From Candidatus Poribacteria bacterium (lineage in GTDB: Bacteria > Poribacteria > WGA-4E > WGA-3G), in NCBI GenBank assembly GCA_965214095.1, contig OZ243938.1, positions 700,908 to 764,907 of the forward strand: 64,000 bases of DNA, given 5' to 3'. This document shows positions 7,923-15,782 of the stretch, in pieces; positions within the stretch are counted from its first letter, which is position 1; each line of letters opens with the position of its first letter. Below the pieces are notes generated by a model. It did no database searches. It saw only the letters and a program-made list of their open reading frames with translations, and was not told the origin of the DNA. Position numbers and translations under genes: made by a program.

Positions 7923-9143
7923 ATGACTACTATCAAGAAATTACTCCTCATCTTTGCGATTCTCGTTACTGCAGGATTTCTTGGATATTCCACCTGGCAT
8001 CAGTGGAGGGACAACCAAACAACGACTTTAGAGCGGATGAGACCAATCGCTCCCGTTGCTACATTTTCACATGGTGGATCTATAAGACAGATTGCTTATG
8101 ACCCAAAGAATTCAGAATTGATTGCAACTGCTGGTGCTGGCGATTTTGTAAAAGTTTGGAATAGAAACAAGCATGATTACCCACAGTTATCATTAGAATT
8201 TCAAAAGGATAGTGATGGTTCTACTAACATACTTGGATTAGCATTCTCACCGACAGATAATTTGATTGCAACGAAAACCTATTGGACACTTGAAATTTGG
8301 GATAGTAGGTCTGGAAATCGAATCAATAAATTAGATATACCTTGCTCAGCGTTCATTCTTCATCCACAAGGAAAATATATCGTAATGAATACTCCTGGGT
8401 TTACACAATGGAACTTCAAGGATCCTAAGAACATAAAAGCTGAAATTATGCTACCTTCAAAGATGGATTGGGACTCTATAAATTTGGACGGATTAGAACG
8501 AACACATGAGTATGAAGATAAGAATATTATTCGTCATGAAATACCTGTAAAATATTTCAATGCAGCAACAAATCAACATTTTATGTCAGTTGACATTTCA
8601 CCAGATGGAAAATTGATCGCTGCAAGTGGAGAAAAACATGATAGAACGACAGAAGAGTGGAAAAGTGTGTTAACTATTTGGAATTATCAAAAAGAGAAAA
8701 TGTCGAAGATTCTTGTAAGAGAGGATGCGAAAATACCTGACCTTAAACCAAATGACAAGAGGACTCCATCATTATCTTTTCCAACATCTAACCGTATCCG
8801 ATCAATCGAATTTTCACCTGATAATCATTTCTTCGGACTTGCAGCCGAAAATGGCTTTACTATCTGGTCTTTACCAGAATGGAAGATATATCATGAAGTT
8901 ATGGACAAACTCATAAATGATATCACATTTTCACCAGATGGTAATCTGTTTGCTGTTGCTGATGTTAAAGGCATTACACTTTGGGATATTGAAACTCTAA
9001 CACCAATTGCGTTGCTAAAAGATAAAGGTATTCTTGCTTTTGTCTCATTAATTGAGTTTTCACCAGATGGCAATACACTGGCAGGTGGTGGTTTTGACGG
9101 TGTGTTGCGGCTTTGGGATGTGAGTGAACTAAATGAAGACTAA
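7923..9143 (+). CDS. Membrane-anchored WD40/PD40-like beta-propeller protein, short form
   Basis: The ORF track gives 7914 (TTG); the ATG at 7923 is preferred. It has a TM helix followed by FSPTDN, ISPDGK, FSPDN and FSPDG blades and ends in LRLWDV. It is a paralogue of 9133-10350. Confidence 0.8.
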   Translation: MTTIKKLLLIFAILVTAGFLGYSTWHQWRDNQTTTLERMRPIAPVATFSHGGSIRQIAYDPKNSELIATAGAGDFVKVWNRNKHDYPQLSLEFQKDSDGSTNILGLAFSPTDNLIATKTYWTLEIWDSRSGNRINKLDIPCSAFILHPQGKYIVMNTPGFTQWNFKDPKNIKAEIMLPSKMDWDSINLDGLERTHEYEDKNIIRHEIPVKYFNAATNQHFMSVDISPDGKLIAASGEKHDRTTEEWKSVLTIWNYQKEKMSKILVREDAKIPDLKPNDKRTPSLSFPTSNRIRSIEFSPDNHFFGLAAENGFTIWSLPEWKIYHEVMDKLINDITFSPDGNLFAVADVKGITLWDIETLTPIALLKDKGILAFVSLIEFSPDGNTLAGGGFDGVLRLWDVSELNED

Positions 9144-10350
9144 AAGACTCTCAGTATGGTTCATATTTCTCGTAGTAATCGGTGTAATCTTAGGTTTTTC
9201 CACATGGCATCAGTGGAGTGATAACCAAACAACGACTTTAGAGCGGATGAGACCAATCGCTCCCGTTGCTACATTTTCACATGGTGGGTCTATAAGATAC
9301 ATTGCTTATGACCCAAAGAATCCAGAATTGATTGCAACTGCTGGTGATGGCGATTTTGTAAAAATTTGGAATAGAAACAAGCATGATTCTCCAAAGTTAT
9401 CATTAGAAGTTCAAAGGGACATTGCTAAGAATATCCACATGGTTGGTATAGCATTCTCACCTACCGATAATTGGATTGCAACCAGGACTTTCTGGACACT
9501 TGAGATTTGGGATAGTCTATCTGGAAATCGCATTAATAGCTTAGACACTACTTCATCGTATTTTACTATTCATCCAGAAGGGAAATACATTGTAATGCAT
9601 ACTGATGGTTTAACTCTATGGAACATCAGTGATCCTAATAAGATAAAGGCTGACATTATGTTACCTCCACAGATGGGTTGGGAATCGATTAATCTGGATG
9701 GCTTAGAAAGAACACATAACTATGATGGAAGGGATGTTATCCGTCTTGATATACCAATGAAATATAAAAATGCGGGAATGAACCAAATTTTTCGGTCAAT
9801 TGCTTTTTCACCAGATGGAAAATGGTTCGCTGGAGGTAGACCGCAACATAATAGCACGACTAAAAAATGGAGAAGTGTGTTAACAATTTGGGATTTTGAA
9901 AAGCAAAAAATGTTTAAAGCTATTGAAAGAGAGGAACCGAGAAAACCTGACCTTAAACCAAATGACAAGAGGAATCCATCATTGTCTCTTCCAACATCTA
10001 ATCGTATCCAATCCATCAAATTTTCACCTGATAATCGCTTCTTAGGTCTTGCAGCAGACAATGGCTTTACTATCTGGTCTTTACCAGATTGGCAAATATA
10101 CCATGAAGTTCTGGATCGACGAATAAGCGACATTGCCTTTTCACCCGATGGTAAGATGCTTGCAGTCTGCGATGTTAAAGGAATAGTTCTTTGGTCCGTT
10201 GATACACTCACACCTGTCGCGTTGCTTGGAACAGGTGGATTTCTTGGTAGTAGCGTAATAGAGTTTTCTCCAGATGGTCGCACACTTGCTGGTGGCGGCT
10301 ACGGCGGTCTTCTTAAAATATGGGATATGAGTGAGTTTTATGAAAAATAA
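9133..10350 (+). CDS. Membrane-anchored WD40/PD40-like beta-propeller protein, short form
   Basis: The ATG overlaps the upstream stop by 11 nt (ATGAAGACTAA). It has a TM helix and propeller motifs. Its N-terminal ~190 nt are near-identical to 7991-8180. Confidence 0.8.
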   Translation: MKTKRLSVWFIFLVVIGVILGFSTWHQWSDNQTTTLERMRPIAPVATFSHGGSIRYIAYDPKNPELIATAGDGDFVKIWNRNKHDSPKLSLEVQRDIAKNIHMVGIAFSPTDNWIATRTFWTLEIWDSLSGNRINSLDTTSSYFTIHPEGKYIVMHTDGLTLWNISDPNKIKADIMLPPQMGWESINLDGLERTHNYDGRDVIRLDIPMKYKNAGMNQIFRSIAFSPDGKWFAGGRPQHNSTTKKWRSVLTIWDFEKQKMFKAIEREEPRKPDLKPNDKRNPSLSLPTSNRIQSIKFSPDNRFLGLAADNGFTIWSLPDWQIYHEVLDRRISDIAFSPDGKMLAVCDVKGIVLWSVDTLTPVALLGTGGFLGSSVIEFSPDGRTLAGGGYGGLLKIWDMSEFYEK

Positions 10351-12400
10351 AAGACTCATTCTACTTTTTTTATTAATAGCGTTAGTGGTAGTTGGCGTGT
10401 TAGTGTATGTCATCACACGTCTCCAGCAGGAAGAACTGCTGCCACAGAAATTTGCACAGCTACCTGAAAAACCGAAACTCATTGATGAATTCCATCAGAA
10501 TACAAAAATCTATTCTGTAGCATTTTCTCCAGTAGACTCTTCTACTATTGCGTTTGTGGATGAATATGGAACAATTAAGTTGTGGCACAGAAATATCACG
10601 AATAAACCCGCTCCTATTCTTGAAGATTTTCCAGAACGTTTTAATTATATTGGTTTTTCACCTACAGGAAAAATGCTTGCCGCTTGCAGTTATAGAAAAC
10701 TCATACTATGGGATGTTGCTTCAGGGACGAAACTCAATTCAATTGAAACACCAACTCAACAATTTGCTTTTACACCTGATGGACAACGACTCGCTACAGT
10801 TTACAATGAAATAAAACTATGGGATATTCGCAATCTAAAGAAAATTGTAGAAATCGCTACCCTACCCTATGATGAAACACATAAAGCATCAGGTTGGGCA
10901 TCTGCAGTTGCCATTTCAAACGATGGCACATTGATTGCTGCAGGATATTCCAATGGAACTATAAACGTTTGGGACCTACAGACACGACAATTGGTAGAAA
11001 CTTTAGAATCATCTCTACATCAAATGGATTATTTAAAGTTTTCACCTAACAACAAATTTATGGTTGCAGGTGGTAATGATATAGAGATGTATTCGCATTC
11101 TGTGAAAGAGTATATCATGTGGGAATTGCCAAGTTGGCAACGGAAGGGACAGGTACTGCGCGGGAATGTTGAGAATTTAGTATTTTCTCCTGATGCCAGT
11201 CTATGTGCAAGTGCAACTGGAAGGTATATATACGGAAGGGGTGTAGAAATATGGTCGACTACAAATGGGACACCAATAGCAACAATTCCAACAGAAGCAA
11301 GAGATGTTTCGTTTTCACATGATGGAGAACTAATCGTAACCGGCGGCAACGATGGGATTGTTCGTGTGTGGAAACTCACACAGCCACATTTAGACTCTAC
11401 CAATAACCAGAACGATCTTGTGCGATTGATTTACAACTTGCCAAAAGGCATCGAACCTTCGTATAACATTACACAAAAAATTGATCAAACAATTAGAGAA
11501 GTACAAAAGTTCTACGCTGATGAGATGGAACGACACGGATTTGATAGAAAGACATTTAGGTTTGAGACCGATGAAAATGGAAAAGCAAAGATATATCGTT
11601 CGGAAGAATACTTAGCTGAATATCATGATTTGCAGTTGAACGATATCTGGCTTGTTTTTGCTGATGACATGAAAGATGCCACATCTTACTTAATAGATCA
11701 TATCCTAAAACAAAACACACCAGGACAAAATAGACATTTATCTAATTCCTTTGATTCAACATTTGAGTTCCCAACAAAACGTAATGTAATTGAAAAGGAT
11801 AAAATTTGGATGGACGATATTGAGGGAATCGTTGGTGATGGTCGTTTTATCTCGATTTCAAAGAAGAAGTTAGATTGGAAGTTAACAGCTTACTCACTGA
11901 AGCGGCTGTTTGGTTTGTTAGATACGGAAAATAGTTGGGATAAAATTGGACCGAACATGTCAAATAACGTCTTAAACAGCTTAAACAGATTGCTTCCGTG
12001 GAGTAAAGAGTGGATAAGATTGTCCAAATGTGAGGCAGAATTCTTGAATAAGAGTCGGTACTTTAACCCGAACCAACCCTTCTTTGACAATCAACCAGAT
12101 ATTGAGATGTCAATTTTAAAAGCAGATACAGAATCTCAAATTTTACAATTTACTGCATCTGATGAAGATGGGATACACCAACTGCTATTATTTGTGCCTG
12201 ATAATTTAGAAAACCAATACAGGATAGACAATTTTCAAGGATGTGAATCAATAAATGGAAAGAAGCGTGCAATCGTTGAATTTGAAGTATTTAATTCAGG
12301 AATTAAACGTGGAGAAATTCGGATGATTGACATGCTTGGAAACATTGCATCGCGAAAATTTGATATAAAAGAACAAACATCTCAAGAAGAGGAGAAATAG
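10340..12400 (+). CDS. Membrane-anchored WD40/PD40-like beta-propeller protein, long form
   Basis: The ORF track gives 10331 (GTG). The ATG at 10340 (MKNKRLILLF) overlaps the upstream stop by 11 nt, as at the previous junction. It has the propeller plus the C-terminal domain (ADEMERHGFDRKTFRFETDENGKAK, LSKCEAEFLNKSRYFN, DEDGIHQ, IDMLGNIASRKF). Confidence 0.8.
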   Translation: MKNKRLILLFLLIALVVVGVLVYVITRLQQEELLPQKFAQLPEKPKLIDEFHQNTKIYSVAFSPVDSSTIAFVDEYGTIKLWHRNITNKPAPILEDFPERFNYIGFSPTGKMLAACSYRKLILWDVASGTKLNSIETPTQQFAFTPDGQRLATVYNEIKLWDIRNLKKIVEIATLPYDETHKASGWASAVAISNDGTLIAAGYSNGTINVWDLQTRQLVETLESSLHQMDYLKFSPNNKFMVAGGNDIEMYSHSVKEYIMWELPSWQRKGQVLRGNVENLVFSPDASLCASATGRYIYGRGVEIWSTTNGTPIATIPTEARDVSFSHDGELIVTGGNDGIVRVWKLTQPHLDSTNNQNDLVRLIYNLPKGIEPSYNITQKIDQTIREVQKFYADEMERHGFDRKTFRFETDENGKAKIYRSEEYLAEYHDLQLNDIWLVFADDMKDATSYLIDHILKQNTPGQNRHLSNSFDSTFEFPTKRNVIEKDKIWMDDIEGIVGDGRFISISKKKLDWKLTAYSLKRLFGLLDTENSWDKIGPNMSNNVLNSLNRLLPWSKEWIRLSKCEAEFLNKSRYFNPNQPFFDNQPDIEMSILKADTESQILQFTASDEDGIHQLLLFVPDNLENQYRIDNFQGCESINGKKRAIVEFEVFNSGIKRGEIRMIDMLGNIASRKFDIKEQTSQEEEK

Positions 12401-12479
12401 TAGATTTTGAACTTACTTGAACACTCTTCATCTGCGAGGTTAGGAAACCTCGCCTACCATGTGACGAAAGTGTCAACTT
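12397..12479. repeat. 83-bp repeat containing a REP-like hairpin (copy 2 of 2)
   Basis: Aligns with 3166-3248. The hairpin GCGAGGTTAGGAAACCTCGCCTACC lies at about 12434-12458. The first 4 nt include the TAG stop of the preceding gene. Confidence 0.8.
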
Positions 12480-12486
12480 ATATTTA

Positions 12487-12722
12487 ACTATAGTTTGGAC
12501 AATTTCTCTTGGTTACATACTGATATTGCTGGCATTTGCAATATATTGTGAGTTTTGGATAGGATAATACTTTGATGAAAAAGTGTGAAAACATCAAAAT
12601 GAGCAGCCCCAGCGGGGCGGAATGTGTATAGAAAACTGTACCCCGACCAATGCAAGCCCCAGCGGGGCGACAGGTGTGTATCATTCAAGAAATAGGTATG
12701 ATGACTGTGATGCTCCTTGTCC
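12487..12722. mobile_element. Truncated second copy of the MITE-like element (left TIR present, right end replaced)
   Basis: Starts with the same ACTATAGTTTGGACAATTTCTCTTGGTT and is collinear with 5458-5692 up to CTCCTTGTCCAG. It then diverges into REP-like sequence, and no right TIR is found. The two AGCCCCAGCGGGGCG hairpins lie at 12605-12619 and 12655-12669. Confidence 0.6.
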
Positions 12723-12723
12723 A

Positions 12724-12746
12724 GCGCGCTTACAAAGCGCGCCTAC
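12724..12746 (-). repeat. REP-like unit (GTAGG head plus GCGCGCTT/AAGCGCGC hairpin on minus strand)
   Basis: The plus strand reads GCGCGCTTACAAAGCGCGCCTAC, and its reverse complement reads GTAGGCGCGCTTTGTAAGCGCGC. A more degenerate unit lies at about 12807-12827. Confidence 0.5.
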
Positions 12747-12855
12747 AGCGGGTTAGGGTTTGTAAATTGATGCCTATGCCAGAATACGCGTGTGGTATTC
12801 TGCATTGGCTAGGAAACCGCGCCTGCCGGGTCTATGAGAGTAATAATTAGGAAAG

Positions 12856-13025
12856 ATGTTAAAAAAAATAGCGATATTCCCTGCAAGTTTTGACCCTATC
12901 ACACTTGGTCATGTTGACTTGATAGAGAGAGTTTGCAAACTCGACGTATTTGATGAATTCATCATTGTTATTGCAGTGAACCCAGCAAAAGAGGAAAGGC
13001 TACTATTGAAGAACGCATACAGATG
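12856..13025 (+). pseudogene. coaD: Duplicated 5' fragment of coaD (about 170 bp, frameshifted)
   Basis: 12866-13025 is almost base-for-base identical to 15237-15397 of the intact coaD. A 1-nt deletion (GGAAAGGCTACTATT versus GGAAAGGTTCACTATT) breaks the frame. The homology stops abruptly after CATACAGATG. Confidence 0.85.
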
Positions 13026-13026
13026 A

Positions 13027-13103
13027 ATATTCACCAGATGGCAATACACTTGAAAGCGATGGTTTTGATGATGTGTTGCAAATTTGGAATGTAAGGGATT
13101 ATT
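13027..13103 (+). pseudogene. Remnant 3' end of a short-form propeller gene
   Basis: TTCACCAGATGGCAATACACTTGAAAGCGATGGTTTTGATGATGTGTTGCAAATTTGGAATGT is homologous to the last blade of 7923-9143 (9058-9132: FSPDGNTLAGGGFDGVLRLWDV). It runs directly into the ATG of the next gene, as at the intact junctions. Confidence 0.75.
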
Positions 13104-15203
13104 ATGAAGAACAAAAGACGAATTCTACTATTTGTACTTTTAGCGGCAGTGGGTGTTAGCGTTCGAGTGTATTTCATCACACGTCCACAGCAGGAAGAGA
13201 TATATCCACAGAAATTCGCACAGTTGCCTGAAAAACCCACACTCATCACTGAATTTAATCATGGTACAACGTTTGTTTCCGATGAAGTTCAACTTGAAGG
13301 TTTCACTTTGTTAGATGCAAGTATAATTTATTCAATAAAATTTTCACCTGTTGATGCTTCTCTCATAGCAAGTGTAAATAGTCAAGGAAATATAAAGTTA
13401 TGGAATTTAGACAACATCAAAAAACCAGTGAGAACCTTCACGCATCCTGGAATATTTCCATCTATCGGTTTTTCGCCTACAGGAGAGTTGTTGGCAAGTG
13501 AAGGAGGAGGGATTTTGGTGCTGTGGGATGTTGATTCAGGAACCAAAATTAACACGATTGAGCATTCAAGCAGAGAATTCGCTTTTTCTTCAGATGGACT
13601 AAAACTTGCTACGGTCCACAATGACGTGAAGATCTGGGATATCCAGAATCCAAAGCAGATAACTGAAATTGCAATGCTACCATTTGAAGAAGTGCATAGA
13701 ATCAGAAGTTGGGCTTGTGCAGTGAGCATTTCTGCAGATGGCAAAATGATTGCAGCAGGATATGCAAGTGGATTAGTAAATATCTGGAATCTTCAGACAA
13801 AACAACATGTAAAAACTTTAAGGACTCCTTATGCAGAGATGAGGTATTTGAAGTTCTCTCCTGACAATAAGTATTTGGTATGTGGCGGTCCCATTCCAAT
13901 GAGACACATATATTTGGGTAAGAATAAACACGATAGTTTAGGTGTTATAGGTCATGGTGCTCAAGGTTATATGATGTGGCGAATACCGAGTTGGGAGCGG
14001 CATGGTGAAGTGCAACGCGGGAACATTGATAAGTTGATATTTTCTCCTGATGGAAAGGTCTGTGCCAGCATGAAAGACAGGGCATATTCAAATAGATCTG
14101 TTCAACTTTGGTCCATTGAAAGTGGGGCACCAATTACTGCATTACCATCACAGACAATTCCACGTGACATTGCGTTTTCACACGATAGCAACCTGATTGT
14201 AATAGGTGATTTTAATGGGGGAATTAAAGTCTGGGAACATAATGCCAAAAACTTAGAGTCTACTACGCCTTCTAAAGATATTGTCCGAATTGCTTATAGA
14301 CTCAATAAAGACCAAGTACCGTCTCCAAACATTACCGAAAAGATAGATGAGACAATAAGAGAAGTACAGGACTTTTATGCAGATGAAATGGAACGACACG
14401 GATTTGATAGAAAGACATTTAGGTTTGAAACTGATGAGAATGGTAAAGCGAAAGTATACCTTGCAAACTATCATCCAAACAATATGGATTCATCTAATGA
14501 CATCTGGCTCTCATTTAGAGTTAGACAATCAGCCGTTTTTCCAATTCCTATATTAGATTATTTTGATCATATTCATTCCTTTGAGTACACGAATAAAGAT
14601 AGTAAAAGACCTAGAGACGGTATCGCGTCAGGGGATATAGAAGGAATTGCCCTTGGTAGACATGTATCTATAGGTGCAAGCAAGCTTAATCGGAAATCTA
14701 TCGCGTATTTACTTAGAGGGACATTTGGATTATTATATATTGATGACTCAAAAAAACCTAACTTTATCAAACGCCTTTACACTCGTGTTAACGATGCAAT
14801 GCCATGGGGTAAAAGATGGGCAAAACTATCTAAATGTGAAGCAGAAGTGTTAGATAAAAGTAGATTCTTCAACCAAAATCATCCATTTTTTGATAAATAT
14901 CCGACTATGGATTTGCATATAACCTCTCCTAAAACAAGTGGTCTACGATACTTTATTTTTGATGTTACTGATGAAGACGGTATACATCAAGTACAACTAT
15001 ATGTGCCAAGAGATTCTAAAGATCGCAGTCGTGGAAATAAATTACATGAGTGTCAAACGCTAAACGGTAAAGATAAGGAAATAGTTGGCTTTGAAATTAC
15101 TAATCCTGAGATAAAGAATGTAAGGCTTCGCTTGATTGATATGCTTGGAAACATTGCATCACGAGAATTCAGTATTATAGAAAAAACATCTCAAGAAGAG
15201 TAA
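13104..15203 (+). CDS. Membrane-anchored WD40/PD40-like beta-propeller protein, long form
   Basis: MKNKRRILLF plus a TM helix, then propeller motifs. The C-terminal domain has stretches near-identical in nucleotides to 10340-12400 (ADEMERHGFDRKTFRFETDENGKAK, LSKCEAEVLDKSRFFN, DEDGIHQV, IDMLGNIASREF). Confidence 0.8.
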   Translation: MKNKRRILLFVLLAAVGVSVRVYFITRPQQEEIYPQKFAQLPEKPTLITEFNHGTTFVSDEVQLEGFTLLDASIIYSIKFSPVDASLIASVNSQGNIKLWNLDNIKKPVRTFTHPGIFPSIGFSPTGELLASEGGGILVLWDVDSGTKINTIEHSSREFAFSSDGLKLATVHNDVKIWDIQNPKQITEIAMLPFEEVHRIRSWACAVSISADGKMIAAGYASGLVNIWNLQTKQHVKTLRTPYAEMRYLKFSPDNKYLVCGGPIPMRHIYLGKNKHDSLGVIGHGAQGYMMWRIPSWERHGEVQRGNIDKLIFSPDGKVCASMKDRAYSNRSVQLWSIESGAPITALPSQTIPRDIAFSHDSNLIVIGDFNGGIKVWEHNAKNLESTTPSKDIVRIAYRLNKDQVPSPNITEKIDETIREVQDFYADEMERHGFDRKTFRFETDENGKAKVYLANYHPNNMDSSNDIWLSFRVRQSAVFPIPILDYFDHIHSFEYTNKDSKRPRDGIASGDIEGIALGRHVSIGASKLNRKSIAYLLRGTFGLLYIDDSKKPNFIKRLYTRVNDAMPWGKRWAKLSKCEAEVLDKSRFFNQNHPFFDKYPTMDLHITSPKTSGLRYFIFDVTDEDGIHQVQLYVPRDSKDRSRGNKLHECQTLNGKDKEIVGFEITNPEIKNVRLRLIDMLGNIASREFSIIEKTSQEE

Positions 15204-15226
15204 ATATAATCAAGAAAGGAGAACAG

Positions 15227-15739
15227 ATGTCTAAGAAAATCGCTATATTCCCTGCAAGTTTTGACCCTATCACACTTGGTCATGTTGACTTGATAGAGAG
15301 AGTTTGCAAACTCGACGTATTTGATGAATTCATCATTGTTATTGCCGTGAACCCAGCAAAAGAGGAAAGGTTCACTATTGAAGAACGCATACAGATGCTT
15401 GAAGAAGTCATCAAACCATTCCCGAAAGCCACTATTGATGGGGATACCGGTTTGATTGTGCATTTCGCACAAGCACGTAATGCATGCACCATCATCCGTG
15501 GGTTACGGGAAATCTCTGACTTTGAATGGGAATTCAAAATGGCTCGGATGAACCAACAGATTGCTCCAGAAATTGATACACTTTTTATGGTTGCTAATAG
15601 ACAATATGCACACATCAGTTCTTCATTGGTGATGGAAGTCGTAGAAATGGGACAAGGAAAAGTAGGTGAGTCAAAGTTGTTAGAGATGGTACCCCCAGTA
15701 GTGGTTGAGTTTATCAAACAGAAATACCATCTTAATTGA
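15227..15739 (+). CDS. coaD: Phosphopantetheine adenylyltransferase
   Basis: 170 aa. [20 protein letters not shown] carries the nucleotidyltransferase (T/H)xGH motif, and the length and the SSSLVMEV C-terminal motif are typical of CoaD. Confidence 0.85.
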   Translation: MSKKIAIFPASFDPITLGHVDLIERVCKLDVFDEFIIVIAVNPAKEERFTIEERIQMLEEVIKPFPKATIDGDTGLIVHFAQARNACTIIRGLREISDFEWEFKMARMNQQIAPEIDTLFMVANRQYAHISSSLVMEVVEMGQGKVGESKLLEMVPPVVVEFIKQKYHLN

Positions 15740-15782
15740 TATTCTGACACTGTTCTGCAATACCAACCGATTATCTCATTCC

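Noticed and set aside
12650-12850. 66-aa plus-strand ORF in the scar region.
   Set aside because: It is composed of the MITE tail and REP-like hairpins. It has no start context and no homology.
5796-15203. Diversity-generating retroelement (DGR) as an explanation for mosaic variation in the propeller genes.
   Set aside because: There is no reverse transcriptase and no template/variable repeat pair with adenine-specific differences in the window. The variation is spread over whole blades.
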